Shown: piece after piece, positions 15,724 through 24,642 of the stretch | Position numbering within the stretch: position 1 is the stretch's first letter | Layout: every line of letters starts with the position of its first letter | Origin: a virus | Virus record (IMG/VR): IMGVR_UViG_3300050821_018577 | Span: 32,001 to 96,000 of that record | DNA length: 64,000 nucleotides | Direction: 5' to 3' (one strand) | Notes under the pieces: generated by a model | Told to the model about the DNA's origin: nothing | Seen by the model: only the letters and a program-made list of their open reading frames with translations | Database searches by the model: none | Position numbers and translations under genes: made by a program

Positions 15724-15913
15724 GGTCAAACTGTGCCAGAACTGCGGATTCGGTGTCAACTAAAAACCGAAGCGCCGTTCACACGCGGCGCCTCGGTCAT
15801 TACTTCCTATCCCCGCAGAGAGTCTATCATGGAACCTTCCAATTTTCGAACGGTTGCTCTTGCGCTCGCGGCCACCAGCGGACACGCAAACCGCGGAAGC
15901 CAGGGATCACGAA

Positions 15914-16077
15914 CGGCATGGCGTGGCAAGTTAAGGTACGGCGGGGTGCGGCATGGCTGCGAGTGGACAAGGAGCGGCGTGAGAAGGCGGGCGCGGTGCG
16001 GTCCCGCAAGGCATGGCAAGGCCGGGCGAGTAATGGCCTGGTGAGGCAAGGCGGGCATGGTGTGGCGTGGCGTGGTT
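15914..16077 (+). repeat. degenerate 5-nt periodic nGG(C/T)n tract
   Basis: cggca tggcg tggca...aggca tggca aggcc...tggtg tggcg tggcg tggtt. Confidence 0.8.
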
Positions 16078-16078
16078 A

Positions 16079-17749
16079 TTATTTTTCCAATTGAATTCGT
16101 CTGCCGCCGAGCGGTCGCTGAATTACTTGCGTGCAATCATAATTTTGACCGCAATGATTACAGTGACGGGAATTTGCAATGGTGACCTGCATCGTGACTT
16201 CATTGCAGTTCGGGCACCTCGGCGTTTGGTCGTTGGTCATGACAGCGGCCAATGATGTCGCGCCAGCCACTTTTTCAAGCGACGTGGTCTTTCCGGTCAC
16301 GGTGTTAGTAAAAGTGACCCGGCCAACCAGCGGCGGAGCATCATCGCCATTGCGAACCGGTGTTCTTGGTATTGGTTGACGTCCCATCATTTTCTCCGCG
16401 CGTCCGGACTTAAACAAATCGAGCAGCCCTAGGGCCCCGGCGCCGGAGAGCTCCGTTCCTACCCAGACCATGGCGTCAAGTCGGTTCGGCGATTTTTGTC
16501 CTGGCTGTGCGCAATAGCTGACCAATTCTTCTTCGAGCGCAGAAAACTCGGTACATTGAGGCTTGCCGCAACTGCAAACCAGGTGCATTTTGTTTTGCTG
16601 GAACAGCGCAAGGATCGGCTCGGCGCGCACCAGCTTGCCGCGGGATGCGCTCACATCATGGTAAGAGACGTTTTCATCCACATTGCGGATGGTCTCTTCA
16701 ACCATGTCCCCACCGTAGTTTCTCTCAGCGATGATGCGGTCAGCTGCGTAGCCGTAGTAGGTGCGGATGGCCGTGGTCGCCCAATCCCGCGGCCGCGCTG
16801 CGCGCATGGAATCGTCGTGGAGAATGTAGATATGCCCGTCCTCGCCTTCACCGCCGGTCATGATGCCTACTTCGGTCATGTTGCCGCCAGAAGGATCGAT
16901 GCCCACTACGATGCGCCGCAAACGAATCTCCTGGTCGCTGGTCAACAATGAGCCGGCATTGTAGCTGGCGGTCACGCGGCTATCCTCGATAATTTTCCGC
17001 GTCCACAACGCACCGGGAATCTCTTCGGTGTCCTCGGCCAGAATTTCTTGCCGATAGGCCAGCGAACTCATGTTGTGGGTGACTTCCTCGAGGCCTTCTT
17101 TTGAAAGATGTGGATTGGCGGAACTCGGGAAATGCAGGCACAGCCACAATGGGTCGTTCTTGTACTTCTTGAACATCTTGGCGGCGTGCTGCGGATCTCG
17201 GGCTTTGCTGGCGCTGCGCGTCTCAAGCGATGGTGGCGTGTAAATGAACACCACGTCGCCGTTGTTATCAATCAGCATGGGCGCGCCGACTTCGGTCCAT
17301 GCCGTTTCATCCATCATCTGGTATTCATCGAGAATCAAAAGGTCGGCATAATCACCGCGAAGCGTTTCGGCGTTGAACGCGGTCTTTGCCCGTATTCTGC
17401 GGTCGGTGCCGCGCTGTTCGATGATGTGTTCGGTTTCGTTTTTATACAGCCGGCCAAAGGCGATTGGTTCATCGAGAGCCAGCAGCACTTCTTTCCAGAA
17501 TTTCTTCACCTGGTCGATCGTGGGCGCGGCGTAGAGCACGCGCTTGCCTTTGAGAAATTGTTCCACAGCAAGGATTGCTGAACCAGTCGTCTTTCCAGAG
17601 CGTCTTCCAGCGCGAATGATTTTTCGTTTAAGTGGCGACCGGCAAAATCGCAACTGATATGGATTGTCCGCGGGATTGCGCAGATTGATTTTGAACTGCT
17701 GGGGCTTTGGCGCTTCGGCGTCTGGCGGAATTATGGGATTGGAAGCCAT
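16079..17749 (-). CDS. terL: terminase large subunit
   Basis: Walker A AGRRSGKT, Walker B LLILDE, RNase H-like VGIDPSG and SPNRLDA; extra C-terminal Zn ribbon. Confidence 0.95.
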   Translation of the reverse strand: MASNPIIPPDAEAPKPQQFKINLRNPADNPYQLRFCRSPLKRKIIRAGRRSGKTTGSAILAVEQFLKGKRVLYAAPTIDQVKKFWKEVLLALDEPIAFGRLYKNETEHIIEQRGTDRRIRAKTAFNAETLRGDYADLLILDEYQMMDETAWTEVGAPMLIDNNGDVVFIYTPPSLETRSASKARDPQHAAKMFKKYKNDPLWLCLHFPSSANPHLSKEGLEEVTHNMSSLAYRQEILAEDTEEIPGALWTRKIIEDSRVTASYNAGSLLTSDQEIRLRRIVVGIDPSGGNMTEVGIMTGGEGEDGHIYILHDDSMRAARPRDWATTAIRTYYGYAADRIIAERNYGGDMVEETIRNVDENVSYHDVSASRGKLVRAEPILALFQQNKMHLVCSCGKPQCTEFSALEEELVSYCAQPGQKSPNRLDAMVWVGTELSGAGALGLLDLFKSGRAEKMMGRQPIPRTPVRNGDDAPPLVGRVTFTNTVTGKTTSLEKVAGATSLAAVMTNDQTPRCPNCNEVTMQVTIANSRHCNHCGQNYDCTQVIQRPLGGRRIQLEK

Positions 17750-17787
17750 CCGGACAATAATCCTCTGCCGTTACCCCAGATGCAAGC

Positions 17788-17976
17788 CTAATGGAGATAT
17801 TGATGGGCCCAGAGGTCCGCGAAGGTAGCGGCCGAGAGAGCCGCGATGATAGCGCCGACATGGCCGCCCATGACCACTGCCAGAATCACGATGATGGCCA
17901 AGCTGTAGTAGACGTGCCCTTTGCCGCTTAGAACACAATCCCACACCGGATCCGGACCTTGAAGCTCAGGATCCAT
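17788..17976 (-). CDS. small membrane protein
   Basis: hydrophobic helices. Confidence 0.5.
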   Translation of the reverse strand: MDPELQGPDPVWDCVLSGKGHVYYSLAIIVILAVVMGGHVGAIIAALSAATFADLWAHQYLH

Positions 17977-18394
17977 TGAATTTCTCCCAGGTCTTGTTCA
18001 GACCAAAATTTATCAGCTTACGGTAACCGAAACTTAATGCCTCGGCCATGGCTACTTGCTTCGGCCACTTGCACACCGCTACGCGATAGGCCGCAATCAC
18101 CAGCCCCGTACGGTCCTGCCCATGCTGGCAGTGTACCAGCAACGGTTTTGGTTCCACTTCGATGAATTGCAGAATTGCCGCAAGCGCCTCCTGGCTGATT
18201 CCGGTTACGTAAATTTGCCACGGCGAGATGGGGCGAGAAATAATCCGAACGGGTTGCAGTTCGAGAATTTCTTTTACATCTTCATCCGCTCCCTCAAGAC
18301 TGAGTACAGTGGCAAACTCTGCCTTGATGGCGGCGAAGTCCGCAGGTTCAGGACGCGGACCACGCGACACTCCATTCCCGACGAAGGTAATCAT
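17966..18394 (-). CDS. tyrosine/dual-specificity phosphatase
   Basis: P-loop HCQHGQDRTG; start MITFVG at 18394. Confidence 0.85.
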   Translation of the reverse strand: MITFVGNGVSRGPRPEPADFAAIKAEFATVLSLEGADEDVKEILELQPVRIISRPISPWQIYVTGISQEALAAILQFIEVEPKPLLVHCQHGQDRTGLVIAAYRVAVCKWPKQVAMAEALSFGYRKLINFGLNKTWEKFNGS

Positions 18395-18522
18395 CGGACC
18401 GCCAAATAAATGAGGATCAAAGTGGCCACGAGCGCGCTGCCGAAAAATCCGATACTCAAGCCGACCGCGCAGAACACCAGGAAACGATAGAAGTCCGGCA
18501 TGTGTTTGATGACACTGTTCAT
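18391..18522 (-). CDS. small membrane protein
   Basis: single TM; ATGA overlaps. Confidence 0.5.
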   Translation of the reverse strand: MNSVIKHMPDFYRFLVFCAVGLSIGFFGSALVATLILIYLAVR

Positions 18523-18707
18523 GGTGCACCTCTGGCGCTTGGGCAGGTTCGCACGCACGCGCACAATGCCTTGTTGCATTGAATGTCGCAAGTCCTGGTT
18601 TGAAACTGGTCCAGGTCGCGCAATTTACCGACAATGGCAATCAGTAATAGCGCAATACATACGGTGACGAGCCCGGCCAGTATGCGTAGACGAATTTTCC
18701 TCATCAT
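18519..18707 (-). CDS. small membrane protein
   Basis: N-terminal TM, Cys-rich tail. Confidence 0.5.
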   Translation of the reverse strand: MMRKIRLRILAGLVTVCIALLLIAIVGKLRDLDQFQTRTCDIQCNKALCACVRTCPSARGAP

Positions 18708-18713
18708 TCACGA

Positions 18714-18926
18714 TTACTTCTTGCCAGGCTTGATGGCACCGTCTTTTACGGAATCTATCGGATGCGTGACCATGTGCTTGCCTGTGTGGAAGACTTTGGT
18801 AATGACCGCCTTTGGCGCTTTGTAGAAGGCAGCTTTGGCGCCAACGCCTACACCCTTTGCTACCGTGGCACCGCCTATCACCATCAGCGTGGCCGCCGCT
18901 ACGACAAGGATTTGCTGTGGATTCAT
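18714..18926 (-). CDS. small secreted/membrane protein
   Basis: SD AAGGAGG; hydrophobic N-terminus. Confidence 0.65.
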   Translation of the reverse strand: MNPQQILVVAAATLMVIGGATVAKGVGVGAKAAFYKAPKAVITKVFHTGKHMVTHPIDSVKDGAIKPGKK

Positions 18927-19003
18927 GGTGGCCTCCTTTAAGGCTGAAATCTTCGCGCGCTTTTAGTTTCACGGTCAACTCCCAATTTATTCCAACCAGA
19001 GAC

Positions 19004-21595
19004 TCATGGATGGCACGCATATTTTTGCTGCGGTATGGTAGCGCGCAGGCCGGTCGAGGCATCAAGCTCTGTCAGTGTTTCCAAACAGACTGGAGTGACA
19101 CTGACCCCGGTTCCGGATAGAGGCGCGTTGTTCGGGCTGGTCGAAGCGTTCGTCGTGAAAATCAAGTTCGCGTTGTGCACCCCAGGCGTTGTCGGATTGA
19201 AGGTGACGCTCACAATGCAATTATTTCCGATGGCCAAGGTTGCGCCACAGGTGTTCGCCGAAATCGCGTAGTTGGTCGCGTCGCTCGGGGCGATGCTGGT
19301 GATGTTCAGTGTCGCCGTGCCTGTGTTGGTCAACGTCACGGTCTGCGCAGCGGAAACCTTTCCAACGTTCACCGCACCGAAGCTCAAACTCGTTGGATTC
19401 AAGGAGACCACTGGCGCGTTTGGCGGTGGAACTGTTCCCCACACCGGCCCCGCATCCGTAATGGTCATGCTCTCCACGGTGGTTGCCAACGTAGTCGTGG
19501 CGCCGGCCGCTTTCACCGTTCCGCCGGTTGAAGCCGTCCCCTTGAAAATTGTCGCTACGTCGTTGGCGTCAAGGGTAACCGTCCAGTTCGTCCCGTTGTC
19601 TACGATGCTCGGCGTGAGCGCGACGAATCCGGAAATGTCTCCGAGCTGAATTGCGTTGACCTGGTAGCTGACCACGTTTCCGGGGTTGGTATTGTTCGAT
19701 TCGATGCGGTACTGCCACTCTCCTGTAGCGATGACAGGCGTCGGTCCGGAGGAGCTCACGTTCTCCGCGAAGGTGGAAATAGTCGGCGCCGTAGGAAGTA
19801 ATGCCGTGTAGAGCGCCCGCTGCGTGCCATCGTTGCAGGTGACTTGCGCGCCGCTGACGGATGGACTTGTTTCGCAGTGAGTTACGAAAGTCGTGCTGGT
19901 GCCCGAGGCCGTAGTTTGGATGCGGTCCACGACCAGCAGGACGTTGATGCCGCGGAAGTAGAGATATTCCCTGACGACCGAAACGACGTTCTGATTCTGG
20001 CGTGTGGGATTGCCAGCGTCGCAGACGTGGTTCTGATAGACCAACGTGAGGTCGGTTACGGCGTAGGCGTAGTTGGTCTGCGATTCGAGCCGCTTGATGA
20101 TTCCAGGACCGTCCGAGCAACCTTGTGAAATGTTCTGTGCTTGCCCGCCGACGAAGGGGATGTTATGCGCGAAACCTTCGTATACGTTCGCACAGCCCCC
20201 GGACAGGCACGCGCCGCCGTATCCGGCAACCGTTTCCGAGTAACCCATCGTTTCACGGATAATGTTCACGCCCTTGCGCGAGCACTGAAAGGTTCCAGCA
20301 TCCCAGTGCGAGTGTCCACTACCCCATGCCTGCGCTCCTGGATTAGTGCCCTTGGTGACCCCCATTTGCAAAAGGCAGGTGGTACCCGTCGACGTCCAAG
20401 TATCGTGTAGGTACAGATAGTTTGCACCCGATGCGTAGTAGTCGAGCGGAAGATTCGAGAACGCCAAAGAGGAGCCGCCCGGATCTACGGAGCGGAACAT
20501 CGGTCCGACTGCGGGCTTCACCGTCCCAAGCCACTGACGCGCGTACTTTCCTATATTCGTTGCGGCGTATTCGCCCGCCGCAGCGGTCATAAAGTCGCCG
20601 TAATACTGAGACTCCATCATGCAACCGCCGGTGGCGTTGGCGTTTCCGGTGGAGTTATGGCTCTGAAAGGCACAGGTATCCGCAGCAACCCACTGCTCAT
20701 CATCAGACGCCGTGAACCCATCCCATACCGACCGCGGTGAGGCCGTCCGCTGCAGCACGGTGTTGTAAATCGTAGTTAGTACGCCCGACTTGAAGGCAGT
20801 CGTTTCGTTCCACAGGTCACGGCCCAAAAGCGCCGAGGAAGCGAGCGCGGCGGCATAATAGTCGAGCGAGTAGCGGCCATATTCCGCGGCACCCTCTTGG
20901 TTGTGAAAGGCGTAGCCGTAGGCGCCGTTTCTTCCTGTTCCGGTCGGAGAATCGAAGTTCAGCAGGTCTACCCATCGACTGTTCATCGCGTACTGGAGAT
21001 TTGCATCCGCGCTGGCATTGGTGATGTAGCTGGCGATTCCGAAAGTGAAGTCATTACGGAACTGGCCAGCGAAATAATTACTTGCCGGCATCCCCACGTT
21101 GCCCCAAGTCTGCGTTACGGTATCTTGGCCGTTCTGCCAGGTGTTCCAGTTCGTTTCCAGAGTGGTGACCTGTCCAGCCGTGAGGCACGCCGCAAGACCA
21201 CATCCGGGCGCGAGCCAGTCGCGGATGAGCAACATCATCTCGCCTTGTACGCGCATGGCATCGCAGCCCGGCCCGGTGTAGCAGCCCGAGGAAGGCGCGA
21301 ACCCGGTGGTGTCAGTGATGGCCTGGGCGCACGCGGCCGCTTGTGCACTCGGTGGCCCGTTGATGCAGGTAAACGCGATATCGTAATCGTCAAGGTTGCG
21401 CGTGTTGGCGGTTTGGCCAAGATAGCCAGTGCTCGTCACCCACGCCTTGGCAGTCGTGATGCGCGCGGGAGTCCAGAACAGGCGAGGATGCGCGTTTGGA
21501 AAAGTTAATCCATAGGCGGTAGTGGTTTGCGAATACCCCGTATTGGCGAACAGAAGAGTGACAGCGGTGACGCAAATGAGAACGCGCAGTCTCAT
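19004..21595 (-). CDS. secreted heparinase II/III-like polysaccharide lyase fold plus C-terminal ASH/Ig domain
   Basis: signal-peptide-like N-terminus (..TGYS-Q), HPRLF, HSHWDAGTF, SLNPTSLSFG..LTNTGTATLNITSI Ig repeat. Confidence 0.75.
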   Translation of the reverse strand: MRLRVLICVTAVTLLFANTGYSQTTTAYGLTFPNAHPRLFWTPARITTAKAWVTSTGYLGQTANTRNLDDYDIAFTCINGPPSAQAAACAQAITDTTGFAPSSGCYTGPGCDAMRVQGEMMLLIRDWLAPGCGLAACLTAGQVTTLETNWNTWQNGQDTVTQTWGNVGMPASNYFAGQFRNDFTFGIASYITNASADANLQYAMNSRWVDLLNFDSPTGTGRNGAYGYAFHNQEGAAEYGRYSLDYYAAALASSALLGRDLWNETTAFKSGVLTTIYNTVLQRTASPRSVWDGFTASDDEQWVAADTCAFQSHNSTGNANATGGCMMESQYYGDFMTAAAGEYAATNIGKYARQWLGTVKPAVGPMFRSVDPGGSSLAFSNLPLDYYASGANYLYLHDTWTSTGTTCLLQMGVTKGTNPGAQAWGSGHSHWDAGTFQCSRKGVNIIRETMGYSETVAGYGGACLSGGCANVYEGFAHNIPFVGGQAQNISQGCSDGPGIIKRLESQTNYAYAVTDLTLVYQNHVCDAGNPTRQNQNVVSVVREYLYFRGINVLLVVDRIQTTASGTSTTFVTHCETSPSVSGAQVTCNDGTQRALYTALLPTAPTISTFAENVSSSGPTPVIATGEWQYRIESNNTNPGNVVSYQVNAIQLGDISGFVALTPSIVDNGTNWTVTLDANDVATIFKGTASTGGTVKAAGATTTLATTVESMTITDAGPVWGTVPPPNAPVVSLNPTSLSFGAVNVGKVSAAQTVTLTNTGTATLNITSIAPSDATNYAISANTCGATLAIGNNCIVSVTFNPTTPGVHNANLIFTTNASTSPNNAPLSGTGVSVTPVCLETLTELDASTGLRATIPQQKYACHP

Positions 21596-21975
21596 CGGTG
21601 ATTTTCCTCTGCGCGTTTGATGGCCGCATTGTGCGTGTGGAAGTAAGCCTGGCCGGGATAATCCTCGCCGGCTGGTTTTAATTGCCGAATGTACTCCGAG
21701 GATTCAAAGATTTCGAGACGATTTTTGAGCAGCAGCTTGGCGCGTTCGATTTGCGGATTGCGGGGATCGAAGCGGATGAGCTCCTCGGCCAGCGCCCACA
21801 TGCAGTTTTCTAGCTCGGTGACCCGGGCGACTACTTGCGGCGCAGAACTTTGCGCGATGGCCACTTTGTCGAATTCGAGCAGGTCCGCACGTTGGTCCAT
21901 TTCGGTAACCGCAGCTGTGCCATCGTTTTTGGGATGTGTGACCGAAGGAAGTTGCGATAGAGGCGCATCGCTCAT
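21592..21975 (-). CDS. hypothetical protein
   Basis: ORF in operon. Confidence 0.6.
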   Translation of the reverse strand: MSDAPLSQLPSVTHPKNDGTAAVTEMDQRADLLEFDKVAIAQSSAPQVVARVTELENCMWALAEELIRFDPRNPQIERAKLLLKNRLEIFESSEYIRQLKPAGEDYPGQAYFHTHNAAIKRAEENHR

Positions 21976-22202
21976 CGGCAAATCCTATCGTATCGGTCAA
22001 GCGACGGACAGTGCCCAAGCGTAAGGATCCGGCCTTCATCTTTGAAGCCGTATAGTTCATAGGACGTCGTGATGGCTTGTTCGTGATACGCCAACTGCAA
22101 GCGGTCGTGTAAGCATTCAACGCGGTCGCGTAAAGCGTGCAAACCTATCAGGATTTTAGCCAGCTCCACGTCGGTCAATTTTCTTCTCTGGGTGTTTGCC
22201 AT
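21972..22202 (-). CDS. hypothetical protein
   Basis: ATG at 22202 (MANTQRRK). Confidence 0.55.
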   Translation of the reverse strand: MANTQRRKLTDVELAKILIGLHALRDRVECLHDRLQLAYHEQAITTSYELYGFKDEGRILTLGHCPSLDRYDRICR

Positions 22203-22329
22203 TGATGTGCGCTCGCAATCCAGCTTCGGCTCTTTTCTTAAGCGGCATCTTGTTCTTAATCTTGGTGGACAAATCCTCCGGTTCTTTATACTCGCCAACC
22301 CAAGGACAATAGGGACATTGGACCCTCAT
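22156..22329 (-). CDS. small C2H2-like Zn-finger protein
   Basis: CPYC...HINGKH. Confidence 0.55.
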   Translation of the reverse strand: MRVQCPYCPWVGEYKEPEDLSTKIKNKMPLKKRAEAGLRAHINGKHPEKKIDRRGAG

Positions 22330-22877
22330 CGCACCAGCACTACAGGATTGAAAGTGGGACGCACGATGGCTATGCTCTGGATTGTCGGCGCGCGCACGCC
22401 AAACAGGTCCGGCGCTTGGCCTTTGCCGGCCAGTAGCACCCACAGGTCGCGCGGATCGATGCGCATGACTGGAATGTCTTTGGGTAATACGACGATGCCG
22501 GCTAGCTCGAGGCCGCGGGCATCAAGCTCGCTGCAAAACCAGGCGTCGGGCAAACGCCAGTCCCGGTTCCCCATGCCGAATGCGAGAATCGCCCGCCAGT
22601 CATATGGTTTGCCGTCCTGGGCAGTGAGGAACTGCCAGAAGCGCGTGTATTGTTCCGCAGCGACCGGGATCTGTACCGTTTGATAAGCGGTAGCTTGCCG
22701 ATAGCACTTGTCGGCCAGGAGGCGCCATTTGACGCCGCCGCGCAATTGCGCACCAAAGGTTTTCTGGCCATCCTCGGACAATGCTTCCGTGTGACTCCAG
22801 CGGCATCTTGTCGTGTAACGGATGACCTTGGAGTCCCAGCCGCCACCTTCGACAAAGCGTAGTTGAATGGTAGGCAT
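22326..22877 (-). CDS. permuted papain-like (YiiX/YaeF-type NlpC/P60) amidase
   Basis: WSHTE, GKPYDW, WFCSEL motifs. Confidence 0.8.
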   Translation of the reverse strand: MPTIQLRFVEGGGWDSKVIRYTTRCRWSHTEALSEDGQKTFGAQLRGGVKWRLLADKCYRQATAYQTVQIPVAAEQYTRFWQFLTAQDGKPYDWRAILAFGMGNRDWRLPDAWFCSELDARGLELAGIVVLPKDIPVMRIDPRDLWVLLAGKGQAPDLFGVRAPTIQSIAIVRPTFNPVVLVR

Positions 22878-22982
22878 TTGTCGGCATTTTGCTCCGAGTT
22901 TTCTCCAAAGTCTATCAGAATCCTTCGTTTACTCCAGAGTACCGCTAGTATACTACTCGCCACTAGCACGTTGACATTCTTA

Positions 22983-23011
22983 TTGACTAAACTTAGCCCC
23001 TATGTTACAAT
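22983..23011 (+). promoter_or_regulatory. sigma70 promoter
   Basis: TTGACT-17-TACAAT. Confidence 0.7.
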
Positions 23012-23074
23012 CAGTTAAGAAGTAAGACGTTAGAGCGCAGCACGAACCAAGCGCAGAACAAAGGAGAAAAGGAA

Positions 23075-23200
23075 TTGAACCTGACCATCACGCAAGCCGT
23101 ATGGACGCTGGCGATTCTGCTGTGCTTCACGCTCGGCTGCATCGCCATGCTGTGGATTCGAGAAGCGGGCCAAATTCAAGAAAAAGGAGAAGGAGAATGA
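23075..23200 (+). CDS. 41-aa single-TM protein (not in ORF track)
   Basis: TTG start after AAGGA; MNLTITQAVWTLAILLCFTLGCIAMLW... Confidence 0.5.
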   Translation: MNLTITQAVWTLAILLCFTLGCIAMLWIREAGQIQEKGEGE

Positions 23201-23224
23201 AACTCTCTGCATATCAGTCAAGCG

Positions 23225-23962
23225 ATGCGCCGCAATGAAGTGGAACTACTAGCGCATCTTCGCCGCTATCGCATTGGCATTCCAACGCTGTTCAGTATGG
23301 CTTGGCACAAGGCGCTTGACCGTCTTATGGATGCCGGGATGGTCCGTTACAAAAAGAGCAGGGCTCGCTTCGGCATGGGGCACTATGTGGTCCAGCCTGG
23401 GGCCCGTCACTGCTCGGATTCGGAAGTAATCGGTTCCGCCGCAGCACGACACAAGCGGCGACCGTTCGGAAAAGGAGAAAATCGAAATGGCTACCGTCCC
23501 TGTTTTTATTCTCTGTCAACAATGCCAGTTCTACCACGAAGCGCAACAGTCTCCGGCAACGGAGCGGCCCGTCAAATGGAACCGCTACACCCGCTTGGAA
23601 CTCGATGCCTTGCACGGTGGGGGGTGGATTCAGAGCGTTACGACCATGACCGCTTGCCCGTCGGGCGCTGGGCCTGTGGTGAAAGTCAAACCTGTGGTGA
23701 AGGGCAAAAGGAGGGCCGCGTGAAGCGCCGGGTAGCAGTGCCGCGCAAGCGGAAACGGATCTCCAAACGCGAATCGCAAAGCATCGCGAGACGGAAAGTC
23801 TATCGGCCCAACGCAATACTGCGCAAGGTCATTCGCCGGAAGTTGGCGCAACGCCAAGTCATTCTCTATCGTTTGCGCGTCAATGGCGCCGGCTCGTTCC
23901 AGATGGCCGACCCGAATTCGCGACAGCGGCATTGGGAGCCGCTGGTAAAGAGCATGGCATGA
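23225..23962 (+). CDS. composite ORF; probably separate genes near 23225 and 23720..23962
   Basis: frame overlaps gene 23487..23723 entirely; GTG at 23720 overlaps that stop. Confidence 0.35.
   Translation: MRRNEVELLAHLRRYRIGIPTLFSMAWHKALDRLMDAGMVRYKKSRARFGMGHYVVQPGARHCSDSEVIGSAAARHKRRPFGKGENRNGYRPCFYSLSTMPVLPRSATVSGNGAARQMEPLHPLGTRCLARWGVDSERYDHDRLPVGRWACGESQTCGEGQKEGRVKRRVAVPRKRKRISKRESQSIARRKVYRPNAILRKVIRRKLAQRQVILYRLRVNGAGSFQMADPNSRQRHWEPLVKSMA
23487..23723 (+). CDS. hypothetical Cys-containing protein
   Basis: SD AAAGGAG; CQQC. Confidence 0.6.
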   Translation: MATVPVFILCQQCQFYHEAQQSPATERPVKWNRYTRLELDALHGGGWIQSVTTMTACPSGAGPVVKVKPVVKGKRRAA

Positions 23963-24138
23963 TGTGGGACATTCTCCAGTTCGTGATTTTGATGAGCCAA
24001 GCGGTGTATTGGTTCCATCTGCGCAACCCAAAGCGCGATGAGGTCGTTTGGCTCGCCTGCGTTTATCCTGGGTCAAGTACTCCGGAGAAACTTCCGGACA
24101 TCTCACAAAAGGGAGAACAACCGAAATGGCTAAACTGA
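23959..24138 (+). CDS. small hypothetical protein
   Basis: ATGA overlap. Confidence 0.45.
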   Translation: MMWDILQFVILMSQAVYWFHLRNPKRDEVVWLACVYPGSSTPEKLPDISQKGEQPKWLN

Positions 24139-24389
24139 CGAAAGGAAATGTCGTGGCGAAGCCGAGCTATGAAGAATTGAAAGCGCGGCTGGCCGAACTG
24201 GAAAAGCAGAACGGTCCGCGGGACCTCGAATTTCGCGTGGCTGCCAAAGGCGGGGTCAGCGTCTATGGACTTGGCCGCTTTCCTGTCAGCTTATATTACG
24301 AGCAGTGGATTCGCGTTCTCGACAAGGCGACGGAGCTGCGAGCTTTCTTGGAAGCCAACAAGAAACGCCTCAAGCTACGTGCCGCATAA
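24126..24389 (+). CDS. conserved small protein (GGVSVYGLGRFPVSLYxEQW family)
   Basis: SD GGGAG; recognisable motif. Confidence 0.75.
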   Translation: MAKLTKGNVVAKPSYEELKARLAELEKQNGPRDLEFRVAAKGGVSVYGLGRFPVSLYYEQWIRVLDKATELRAFLEANKKRLKLRAA

Positions 24390-24406
24390 ATAATCCAACT
24401 GGAACG

Positions 24407-24438
24407 GGCCGGAGCCTTCGGGTTCCGGCCTTTTTTTT
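24407..24438 (+). terminator. intrinsic terminator
   Basis: GGCCGGAGCC-TTCG-GGTTCCGGCC followed by T8. Confidence 0.9.
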
Positions 24439-24444
24439 GTTTTG

Positions 24445-24642
24445 TTAGTGATGAATTCTCGGAACGTTTCCCAAGTCCATGTTGAACACGCCGAACACGC
24501 TCAATAGCCACAGGACGACCAGAATGATGGCCACCACATTCAGGATTTGTTTGATTTTGGCGTCCATTGGAATATAGGAATTTACAAGCCAGAGCAGCAC
24601 TCCCACAACGACCAGGACAACAAGCACGCTAATTATGGGCAT
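24445..24642 (-). CDS. Thivi_2564-like two-TM membrane protein
   Basis: VVGVLLWLVNSYIPMDAKIKQILNVV..VLWLL. Confidence 0.75.
   Translation of the reverse strand: MPIISVLVVLVVVGVLLWLVNSYIPMDAKIKQILNVVAIILVVLWLLSVFGVFNMDLGNVPRIHH

Noticed and set aside
15565-16136. ORFs 15565..16044, 15717..16094, 15807..16136 across the GG-periodic tract
   Set aside because: Low-complexity translations of the repeat, and the plus-strand ones are antisense to the Pth2-like gene.
22900-22969. SKRRILID motif in ORF 22502..22969
   Set aside because: It matches the terminal peptide consensus but is internal to an ORF that overlaps the amidase gene out of frame and lies in a promoter region; probably chance or a relic.
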